A program made the translations under genes and the position numbers. A stretch of 64,000 bases of DNA, from the NCBI GenBank assembly GCA_964057225.1, contig OZ059894.1, forward strand, positions 6,324,001 through 6,388,000, given 5' to 3'. Position 1 is the stretch's first letter; every line of letters starts with the position of its first letter. This document shows positions 29,301 through 41,300 of the stretch, in pieces. The DNA is from Auanema rhodensis (lineage: Eukaryota; Animalia; Nematoda). The notes below the pieces were generated by a model. The model saw only the letters and a list, made by a program, of their open reading frames with translations. It had not been told where the DNA came from and did not search any database.

Positions 29301-32300
29301 TTGATTATATTTAATGATTTTTTAGAAAAAGGCACATTCACCGCGCATAACGTGAATACAGCCTGAACTTTTTTGTGAACAAATCTCTTGGATGGGCTCG
29401 GCATAAACCCTTTTTCCAAAAAGAGCAGAAGTCCCAGCAAAATTTCACAGAGAAATTCAAAATCTACACATCTGAATACCCAACCTCAAACTCTTTTTAT
29501 TTGATTATAGTTTATGATCTTCAAGAAAAAGGCACATTCACCGCGCATAACGTGAATACAGCCTGAACTTTTTTGTGCACAAATCTCTTGGATGGGCTCG
29601 GCATAAACCTTTTTTCCAAAAAGAGCAGAAGTCCCAGCAAAATTTCACAGAGAAATTCAGAATCTACACATCTGAATACCCAACCTCAAACTCTTTTTAT
29701 TTGATTATAGTTTATGATCTTCAAGAAAAAGGCACATTCACCGCGCATAACGTGAATACAGCCTGAACTTTTTTGTGAACAAATCTCTTGGATGGGCTCG
29801 GCATAAACCCTTTTTCCAAAAAGAGCAGAAGTCCCAGCAAAATTTCACAGAGAAATTCAGAATCTACACATCTGAATACCTAACCTCAAACTCTTTTTAT
29901 TTGATTATATTTAATGATTTTTTAGAAAAAGGCACATTCACCGCGCATAACGTGAATACAGCCTGAACTTTTTTGTGAACAAATCTCTTGGATGGGCTCG
30001 GCATAAACCCTTTTTCCAAAAAGAGCAGAAGTCCCAGCAAAATTTCACAGAGAAATTCAGAATCTACACATCTGAATACCCAACCTCAAACTATTTTTAT
30101 TCGATTATAGTTGATGATCTTCAAGAAAAAGGCACATTCACCGGGCACAACGTGCCCATCCAAGAGATTTGTTCACAAAAAAGTTCAGGCTGTCGTCACG
30201 TTGTGCCCGGTGAATGTGCCTTTTTCTTGAAGATCATAAACTATAATCAAATAAAAAGAGTTTGAGGTTGGGTATTCAGATGTGTAGATTCTGAATTTCT
30301 CGGTAAAATTTTGCTGGGACTTCTGCTCTTTCTGGAAAAAGGGTTTATGCCGAGCCCATCCAAGAGATTTGTTCACAAAAAAGTTCAGGCTGTCGTCACG
30401 TTGTGCCCGGTGAATGTGCCTTTTTCTTGAAGATCATCAACTATAATCAAATAAAAATAGTTTGAGGTTGGGTATTCAGATGTGTAGATTCTGAATTTCT
30501 CTGTGAAATTTTGCTGGGACTTCTGCTCTTTTTGGAAAAAGGGTTTATGCTGAGCCCATCCAAGAGATTTGTTGACAAAAAAGTTCAGGCTGTATTCACG
30601 TTATGCGCGGTGAATGTGCCTTTTTCTTGAAGATCATCAACTATAATCAAATAAAAAGAGTTTGAGGTTAGGTATTCAGATGTGTAGATTCTGAATTTCT
30701 CTGTGAAATTTTGCTGGGACTTCTGCTCTTTTTGGAAAAAGGGTTTATGCCGAGCCCATCCAAGAGATTTGTTCACAAAAAAGTTCAGGCTGTATTCACG
30801 TTATGCGCGGTGAATGTGCCTTTTTCTAAAAAATCATTAAATATAATCAAATAAAAAGAGTTTGAGGTTGGGTATTCAGATGTGTAGATTCTGAATTTCT
30901 CTGTGAAATTTTGCTGGGACTTCTGCTCTTTTTGGAAAAAAGGTTTATGCCGAGCCCATCCAAGAGATTTGTGCACAAAAAAGTTCAGGCTGTATTCACG
31001 TTATGCGCGGTGAATGTGCCTTTTTCTTGAAGATCATCAACTATAATCAAATAAAAAGAGTTTGAGGTTAGGTATTCAGATGTGTAGATTCTGAATTTCT
31101 CTGTGAAATTTTGCTGGGACTTCTGCTCTTTTTGGAAAAAGGGTTTATGCCGAGCCCATCCAAGAGATTTGTTCACAAAAAAGTTCAGGCGGTAGTCACG
31201 TTGTGCCCGGTGAATGTGCCTTTTTCTTGAAGATCATAAACTATAATCAAATAAAAAGAGTTTGAGGTTGGGTATTCAGATGTGTAGATTTTGAATTTCT
31301 CTGTGAAATTTTGCTGGGACTTCTGCTCTTTTTGGAAAAAGGGTTTATGCCGAGCCCATCCAAGAGATTTGTTCACAAAAAAGTTCAGGCTGTAGTCACG
31401 TTGTGCCCGGTGAATGTGCCTTTTTCTTGAAGATCATCAACTATAATCAAATAAAAATAGTTTGAAGATGGGTATTCAGATGTGTAGATTCTGATTTTCT
31501 CTGTGAAATTTTGCTGGGACTTCTGCTCTTTTTGAAAAAAGGGTTTATGCCGAGCCCATCCAAGAGATTTGTTCACAAAAAAGTTCAGTTTGTCGTCACG
31601 TTGTGCCCGGTGAATGTGCCTTTTTCTTGAAGATCATCAACTATAATTAAATAAAAATAGTTTGAGGTTGGGTATTCAGATGTGTAGATTCTGAATTTCT
31701 CTGTGAAATTTTGCTGGGACTTCTGCTCTTTTTGGAAAAAAGGTTTATGCCGAGCCCATCCAAGAGATTTGTGCACAAAAAAGTTCAGGCTGTATTCACG
31801 TTATGCGCGGTGAATGTGCCTTTTTCTTGAAGATCATCAACTATAATCAAATAAAAAGAGTTTGAGGTTGGGTATTCAGATGTGTAGATTCTGAATTTCT
31901 CTGTGAAATTTTGCTGGGACTTCTGCTCTTTTTGGAAAAAGGGTTTATGCCGAGCCCATCCAAGAGATTTGTTCACAAAAAAGTTCAGGCTGTATTCACG
32001 TTATGCGCGGTGAATGTGCCTTTTTCTTGAAGATCATAAACTATAATCAAATAAAAAGAGTTTGAGGTTGGGTATTCAGATGTGTAGATTTTGAATTTCT
32101 CTGTGAAATTTTGCTGGGACTTCTGCTCTTTTTGGAAAAAGGGTTTATGCCGAGCCCATCCAAGAGATTTGTTCACAAAAAAGTTCAGGCTGTATTCACG
32201 TTATGCGCGGTGAATGTGCCTTTTTCTAAAAAATCATTAAATATAATCAAATAAAAAGAGTTTGAGGTTGGGTATTCAGATGTGTAGATTTTGAATTTCT

Positions 32301-35300
32301 CTGTGAAATTTTGCTGGGACTTCTGCTCTTTTTGGAAAAAGGGTTTATGCCGAGCCCATCCAAGAGATTTGTTCACAAAAAAGTTCAGGCTGTAGTCACG
32401 TTGTGCTCTCAAATCTCTTGGATGGGCTCGGCATAAACCCTTTTTCCAAAAAGAGCAGAAGTCCCAGCAAAATTTCACAGAGAAATTCAGAATCTACACA
32501 TCTGAATACCCAACCTCAAACTCTTTTTATTTGATTATAGTTTATGATCTTCAAGAAAAAGGCACATTCACCGGGCACAACGTGACTACAGCCTGAACTT
32601 TTTTGTGAACAAATCTCTTGGATGGGCTCGGCATAAACCCTTTTTCCAAAAAGAGCAGAAGTCCCATCAAAATTTCACAGAGAAATTCAAAATCTACACA
32701 TCTGAATACCCAACCTCAAATTCTTTTTATTTGATTATAGTTTATGATCTTCAAGAAAAAGGCACATTCACCGGGCACAACGTGAATACAGCCTGAACTT
32801 TTTTGTGAACAAATCTCTTGGATGGGCTCGGCATAAACCCTTTTTCCAAAAAGAGCAGAAGTCCCAGCAAAATTTCACAGAGAAATTCAGAATCTACACA
32901 TCTGAATACCCAACCTCAAACTCTTTTTATTTGATTATAGTTGATGATCTTCAAGAAAAAGGCACATTCACCGGGCACAACGTGACTACAGCCTGAACTT
33001 TTTTGTGAACAAATCTCTTGGATGGGCTCGGCATAAACCCTTTTTCCAAAAAGAGCAGAAGTCCCAGCAAAATTTCACAGAGAAATTCAAAATCTACACA
33101 TCTGAATACCCAACCTCAAACTCTTTTTATTTGATTATATTTAATGATTTTTTAGAAAAAGGCACATTCACCGCGCATAACGTGAATACAGCCTGAACTT
33201 TTTTGTGAACAAATCTCTTGGATGGGCTCGGCATAAACCCTTTTTCCAAAAAGAGCAGAAGTCCCAGCAAAATTTCACAGAGAAATTCAAAATCTACACA
33301 TCTGAATACCCAACCTCAAACTCTTTTTATTTGATTATAGTTTATGATCTTCAAGAAAAAGGCACATTCACCGCGCATAACGTGAATACAGCCTGAACTT
33401 TTTTGTGAACAAATCTCTTGGATGGGCTCGGCATAAACCCTTTTTCCAGAAAGAGCAGAAGTCCCAGCAAAATTTTACCGAGAAATTCAGAATCTACACA
33501 TCTGAATACCCAACCTCAAACTATTTTTATTTGATTATAGTTGATGATCTTCAAGAAAAAGGCACATTCACCGGGCACAACGTGACGACAGCCTGAACTT
33601 TTTTGTGAACAAATCTCTTGGATGGGCTCGGCATAAACCCTTTTTCCAAAAAGAGCAGAAGTCCCAGCAAAATTTCACAGAGAAATTCAGAATCTACACA
33701 TCTGAATACCCAACCTCAAACTCTTTTTATTTGATTATAGTTTATGATCTTCAAGAAAAAGGCACATTCACCGGGCACAACGTGACGACAGCCTGAACTT
33801 TTTTGTGAACAAATCTCTTGGATGGGCTCGGCATAAACCCTTTTTCCAGAAAGAGCAGAAGTCCCAGCAAAATTTTACCGAGAAATTCAGAATCTACACA
33901 TCTGAATACCCAACCTCAAACTCTTTTTATTTGATTATAGTTTATGATCTTCAAGAAAAAGGCACATTCACCGGGCACAACGTGACTACAGCCTGAACTT
34001 TTTTGTGAACAAATCTCTTGGATGGGCTCGGCATAAACCCTTTTTCCAGAAAGACCAGAAGTCCCAGCAAAATTTCGCAGAGAAATTCAGAATCTACACA
34101 TCTGAATACCCAACCTCAAACTATTTTTATTTGATTATAATTGATGATCTTCAAGAAAAAGGCACATTCACCGGGCACAAAGTGACTACAGCCTGAACTT
34201 TTTTGTGAACAAATCTCTTGGATGGGCTCGGCATAAACCCTTTTTCCAAAAAGATCAGAAGTCCCAGCAAAATTTCGCAGAGAAATTCAGAATTTACACA
34301 TCTGAATACCCAACCTCAAACTATTTTCATTTGATTATAGTTGATGATCTTCAAGAAAAAGGCACATTCACCGGGCACAACGTGACTACAGCCTGAACTT
34401 TTTTGTGAACAAATCTCTTGGATGGGCTCGGCATAAACCCTTTTTCCAAAAAGAGCAAAAGTCCCATCAAAATTTCACAGAGAAATTCTGAATCTACACA
34501 TCTGAATACCCAACCTCAAACTCTTTTTATTTGATTATATTTAATGATTTTTTAGAAAAAGGCACATTCACCGCGCATAACGTGAATACAGCCTGAACTT
34601 TTTTGTGAACAAATCTCTTGGATGGGCTCGGCATAAACCCTTTTTCCAAAAAGAGCAGAAGTCCCAGCAAAATTTCACAGAGAAATTCAGAATCTACACA
34701 TCTGAATACCCAACCTCAAACTCTTTTTATTTGATTATAGTTGATGATCTTCAAGAAAAAGGCACATTCACCGCGCATAACGTGAATACAGCCTGAACTT
34801 TTTTGTGCACAAATCTCTTGGATGGGCTCGGCATAAACCTTTTTTCCAAAAAGAGCAGAAGTCCCAGCAAAATTTCACAGAGAAATTCAGAATCTACACA
34901 TCTGAATACCCAACCTCAAACTATTTTTATTTAATTATAGTTGATGATCTTCAAGAAAAAGGCACATTCACCGGGCACAACGTGACGACAAACTGAACTT
35001 TTTTGTGAACAAATCTCTTGGATGGGCTCGGCATAAACCCTTTTTCCAAAAAGAGCAGAAGTCCCAGCAAAATTTCACAGAGAAAATCAGAATCTACACA
35101 TCTGAATACCCATCTTCAAACTATTTTTATTTGATTATAGTTGATGATCTTCAAGAAAAAGGCACATTCACCGGGCACAACGTGACTACAGCCTGAACTT
35201 TTTTGTGAACAAATCTCTTGGATGGGCTCGGCATAAACCCTTTTTCCAAAAAGAGCAGAAGTCCCAGCAAAATTTCACAGAGAAAATCAGAATCTACACA

Positions 35301-38300
35301 TCTGAATACCCAACCTCAAACTATTTTTATTTAATTATAGTTGATGATCTTCAAGAAAAAGGCACATTCACCGGGCACAACGTGACTACAGCCTGAACTT
35401 TTTTGTGAACAAATCTCTTGGATGGGCTCGGCATAAACCCTTTTTCCAAAAAGAGCAGAAGTCCCAGCAAAATTTCACAGAGAAATTCAAAATCTACACA
35501 TCTGAATACCCAACCTCAAACTCTTTTTATTTGATTATAGTTTATGATCTTCAAGAAAAAGGCACATTCACCGGGCACAACGTGACGACAGCCTGAACTT
35601 TTTTGTGAACAAATCTCTTGGATGGGCTCGGCATAAACCCTTTTTCCAGAAAGAGCAGAAGTCCCAGCAAAATTTTACCGAGAAATTCAGAATCTACACA
35701 TCTGAATACCCAACCTCAAACTATTTTTATTTGATTATAGTTGATGATCTTCAAGAAAAAGGCACATTCACCGGGCACAACGTGACGACAGCCTGAACTT
35801 TTTTGTGAACAAATCTCTTGGATGGGCTCGGCATAAACCCTTTTTCCAAAAAGAGCAGAAGTCCCAGCAAAATTTCACAGAGAAATTCAGAATCTACACA
35901 TCTGAATACCCAACCTCAAACTCTTTTTATTTGATTATAGTTTATGATCTTCAAGAAAAAGGCACATTCACCGGGCACAACGTGACGACAGCCTGAACTT
36001 TTTTGTGAACAAATCTCTTGGATGGGCTCGGCATAAACCCTTTTTCCAGAAAGAGCAGAAGTCCCAGCAAAATTTTACCGAGAAATTCAGAATCTACACA
36101 TCTGAATACCCAACCTCAAACTCTTTTTATTTGATTATAGTTTATGATCTTCAAGAAAAAGGCACATTCACCGGGCACAACGTGACTACAGCCTGAACTT
36201 TTTTGTGAACAAATCTCTTGGATGGGCTCGGCATAAACCCTTTTTCCAGAAAGACCAGAAGTCCCAGCAAAATTTCGCAGAGAAATTCAGAATCTACACA
36301 TCTGAATACCCAACCTCAAACTATTTTTATTTGATTATAATTGATGATCTTCAAGAAAAAGGCACATTCACCGGGCACAAAGTGACTACAGCCTGAACTT
36401 TTTTGTGAACAAATCTCTTGGATGGGCTCGGCATAAACCCTTTTTCCAAAAAGATCAGAAGTCCCAGCAAAATTTCGCAGAGAAATTCAGAATTTACACA
36501 TCTGAATACCCAACCTCAAACTATTTTCATTTGATTATAGTTGATGATCTTCAAGAAAAAGGCACATTCACCGGGCACAACGTGACTACAGCCTGAACTT
36601 TTTTGTGAACAAATCTCTTGGATGGGCTCGGCATAAACCCTTTTTCCAAAAAGAGCAAAAGTCCCATCAAAATTTCACAGAGAAATTCTGAATCTACACA
36701 TCTGAATACCCAACCTCAAACTCTTTTTATTTGATTATATTTAATGATTTTTTAGAAAAAGGCACATTCACCGCGCATAACGTGAATACAGCCTGAACTT
36801 TTTTGTGAACAAATCTCTTGGATGGGCTCGGCATAAACCCTTTTTCCAAAAAGAGCAGAAATCCCAGCAAAATTTCACAGAGAAATTCAAAATCTACACA
36901 TCTGAATACCCAACCTCAAACTCTTTTTATTTGATTATAGTTTATGATCTTCAAGAAAAAGGCACATTCACCGCGCATAACGTGAATACAGCCTGAACTT
37001 TTTTGTGAACAAATCTCTTGGATGGGCTCGGCATAAACCCTTTTTCCAAAAAGAGCAGAAGTCCCAGCAAAATTTCACAGAGAAATTCAGAATCTACACA
37101 TCTGAATACCCAACCTCAAACTATTTTTATTTGATTATAGTTGATGATCTTCAAGAAAAAGGCACATTCACCGGGCACAACGTGACGACAGCCTGAACTT
37201 TTTTGTGAACAAATCTCTTACATGTGCTCGCATAAGCTCCTTTTCCGGAAAAAGTAAAAGTCCCATCAAAATTTTACCGAGAAATTCAGAATCTACACAT
37301 CTAAATACCCAACCTCAAACTCTTTTTATTTGATTATAGTTTATGATCTTCAAGAAAAAGGCACATTCACCGGGCACAACGTGACTACAGCCTGAACTTT
37401 TTTGTGAACAAATCTCTTGGATGGGCTCGGCATAAACCCTTTTTCCAAAAAGAGCAGAAGTCCCAGCAAAATTTCGCAGAAAAATTCAGAATCTACACAT
37501 CTGAATACCCAACCTCAAACTCTTTTTATTTGATTATAGTTGATGATCTTCAAGAAAAAGGCACATTCACCGGGCACAACGTGACTACAGCCTGAACTTT
37601 TTTGTGCACAAATCTCTTGGATGGGCTCGGCATAAACCTTTTTTCCAAAAAGAGCAGAAGTCCCAGCAAAATTTCACAGAGAAATTCAGAATCTACACAT
37701 CTGAATACCCAACCTCAAACTCTTTTTATTTGATTATATTTAATGATTTTTTAGAAAAAGGCACATTCACCGCGCATAACGTGAATACAGCCTGAACTTT
37801 TTTGTGAACAAATCTCTTGGATGGGCTCGGCATAAACCCTTTTTCCAAAAAGAGCAGAAGTCCCAGCAAAATTTCACAGAGAAATTCAGAATCTACACAT
37901 CTGAATACCCAACCTCAAACTCTTTTTATTTGATTATATTTAATGATTTTTTAGAAAAAGGCACATTCACCGCGCATAACGTGAATACAGCCTGAACTTT
38001 TTTGTGAACAAATCTCTTGGATGGGCTCGGCATAAACCCTTTTTCCAAAAAGAGCAGAAGTCCCAGCAAAATTTCACAGAGAAATTCAGAATCTACACAT
38101 CTGAATACCCAACCTCAAACTCTTTTTATTTGATTATAGTTGATGATCTTCAAGAAAAAGGCACATTCACCGCGCATAACGTGAATACAGCCTGAACTTT
38201 TTTGTGCACAAATCTCTTGGATGGGCTCGGCATAAACCTTTTTTCCAAAAAGAGCAGAAGTCCCAGCAAAATTTCACAGAGAAATTCAAAATCTACACAT

Positions 38301-41300
38301 CTGAATACCCAACCTCAAACTCTTTTTATTTGATTATAGTTTATGATCTTCAAGAAAAAGGCACATTCACCGGGCACAACGTGACTACCGCCTGAACTTT
38401 TTTGTGAACAAATCTCTTGGATGGGCTCGGCATAAACCCTTTTTCCAAAAAGAGCAGAAGTCCCAGCAAAATTTCACAGAGAAATTCAGAATCTACACAT
38501 CTGAATACCTAACCTCAAACTCTTTTTATTTGATTATAGTTGATGATCTTCAAGAAAAAGGCACATTCACCGCGCATAACGTGAATACAGCCTGAACTTT
38601 TTTGTCAACAAATCTCTTGGATGGGCTCAGCATAAACCCTTTTTCCAAAAAGAGCAGAAGTCCCAGCAAAATTTCACAGAGAAATTCAGAATCTACACAT
38701 CTGAATACCCATCTTCAAACTATTTTCATTTGATTATAGTTGATGATCTTCAAGAAAAAGGCACATTCACCGAGCACAACGTGACTACAGCCTGAACTTT
38801 TTTGTGAACAAATCTCTTGGATGGGCTCGGCATAAACCCTTTTTCCAAAAAGAGCAAAAGTCCCATCAAAATTTCACAGAGAAATTCTGAATCTACACAT
38901 CTGAATACCCAACCTCAAACTCTTTTTATTTGATTATATTTAATGATTTTTTAGAAAAAGGCACATTCACCGCGCATAACGTGAATACAGCCTGAACTTT
39001 TTTGTGAACAAATCTCTTGGATGGGCTCGGCATAAACCCTTTTTCCAAAAAGAGCAGAAATCCCAGCAAAATTTCACAGAGAAATTCAAAATCTACACAT
39101 CTGAATACCCGAGCCCATCCAAGAGATTTGTTCACAAAAAAGTTCAGGCTGTAGTCACGTTGTGCCCGGTGAATGTGCCTTTTTCTTGAAGATCATAAAC
39201 TATAATCAAATAAAAATAGTTTGAGGTTGGGTATTCAGATGTGTAGATTTTGAATTTCTCTGTGAAATTTTGCTGGGATTTCTGCTCTTTTTGGAAAAAG
39301 GGTTTATGCCGAGCCCATCCAAGAGATTTGTTCACAAAAAAGTTCAGGCTGTATTCACGTTATGCGCGGTGAATGTGCCTTTTTCTAAAAAATCATTAAA
39401 TATAATCAAATAAAAAGAGTTTGAGGTTGGGTATTCAGATGTGTAGATTCAGAATTTCTCTGTGAAATTTTGATGGGACTTTTGCTCTTTTTGGAAAAAG
39501 GGTTTATGCCGAGCCCATCCAAGAGATTTGTTCACAAAAAAGTTCAGGCTGTAGTCACGTTGTGCTCGGTGAATGTGCCTTTTTCTTGAAGATCATCAAC
39601 TATAATCAAATGAAAATAGTTTGAAGATGGGTATTCAGATGTGTAGATTCTGAATTTCTCTGTGAAATTTTGCTGGGACTTCTGCTCTTTTTGGAAAAAG
39701 GGTTTATGCTGAGCCCATCCAAGAGATTTGTTGACAAAAAAGTTCAGGCTGTATTCACGTTATGCGCGGTGAATGTGCCTTTTTCTTGAAGATCATCAAC
39801 TATAATCAAATAAAAAGAGTTTGAGGTTAGGTATTCAGATGTGTAGATTCTGAATTTCTCTGTGAAATTTTGCTGGGACTTCTGCTCTTTTTGGAAAAAG
39901 GGTTTATGCCGAGCCCATCCAAGAGATTTGTTCACAAAAAAGTTCAGGCGGTAGTCACGTTGTGCCCGGTGAATGTGCCTTTTTCTTGAAGATCATAAAC
40001 TATAATCAAATAAAAAGAGTTTGAGGTTGGGTATTCAGATGTGTAGATTTTGAATTTCTCTGTGAAATTTTGCTGGGACTTCTGCTCTTTTTGGAAAAAG
40101 GGTTTATGCCGAGCCCATCCAAGAGATTTGTTCACAAAAAAGTTCAGGCTGTAGTCACGTTGTGCCCGGTGAATGTGCCTTTTTCTTGAAGATCATCAAC
40201 TATAATCAAATAAAAATAGTTTGAAGATGGGTATTCAGATGTGTAGATTCTGATTTTCTCTGTGAAATTTTGCTGGGACTTCTGCTCTTTTTGGAAAAAG
40301 GGTTTATGCCGAGCCCATCCAAGAAATTTGTTCACAAAAAAGTTCAGTTTGTCGTCACGTTGTGCCCGGTGAATGTGCCTTTTTCTTGAAGATCATCAAC
40401 TATAATTAAATAAAAATAGTTTGAGGTTGGGTATTCAGATGTGTAGATTCTGAATTTCTCTGTGAAATTTTGCTGGGACTTCTGCTCTTTTTGGAAAAAA
40501 GGTTTATGCCGAGCCCATCCAAGAGATTTGTGCACAAAAAAGTTCAGGCTGTATTCACGTTATGCGCGGTGAATGTGCCTTTTTCTTGAAGATCATCAAC
40601 TATAATCAAATAAAAAGAGTTTGAGGTTGGGTATTCAGATGTGTAGATTCTGAATTTCTCTGTGAAATTTTGCTGGGACTTCTGCTCTTTTTGGAAAAAG
40701 GGTTTATGCCGAGCCCATCCAAGAGATTTGTTCACAAAAAAGTTCAGGCTGTATTCACGTTATGCGCGGTGAATGTGCCTTTTTCTAAAAAATCATTAAA
40801 TATAATCAAATAAAAAGAGTTTGAGGTTGGGTATTCAGATGTGTAGATTCTGAATTTCTCTGTGAAATTTTGCTGGGACTTCTGCTCTTTTTGGAAAAAA
40901 GGTTTATGCCGAGCCCATCCAAGAGATTTGTGCACAAAAAAGTTCAGGCTGTAGTCACGTTGTGCCCGGTGAATGTGCCTTTTTCTTGAAGATCATCAAC
41001 TATAATCAAATAAAAAGAGTTTGAGGTTGGGTATTCAGATGTGTAGATTCTGAATTTTTCTGCGAAATTTTGCTGGGACTTCTGCTCTTTTTGGAAAAAG
41101 GGTTTATGCCGAGCCCATCCAAGAGATTTGTTCACAAAAAAGTTCAGGCTGTAGTCACGTTGTGCCCGGTGAATGTGCCTTTTTCTTGAAGATCATAAAC
41201 TATAATCAAATAAAAAGAGTTTGAGGTTGGGTATTTAGATGTGTAGATTCTGAATTTCTCGGTAAAATTTTGATGGGACTTTTACTTTTTCCGGAAAAGG

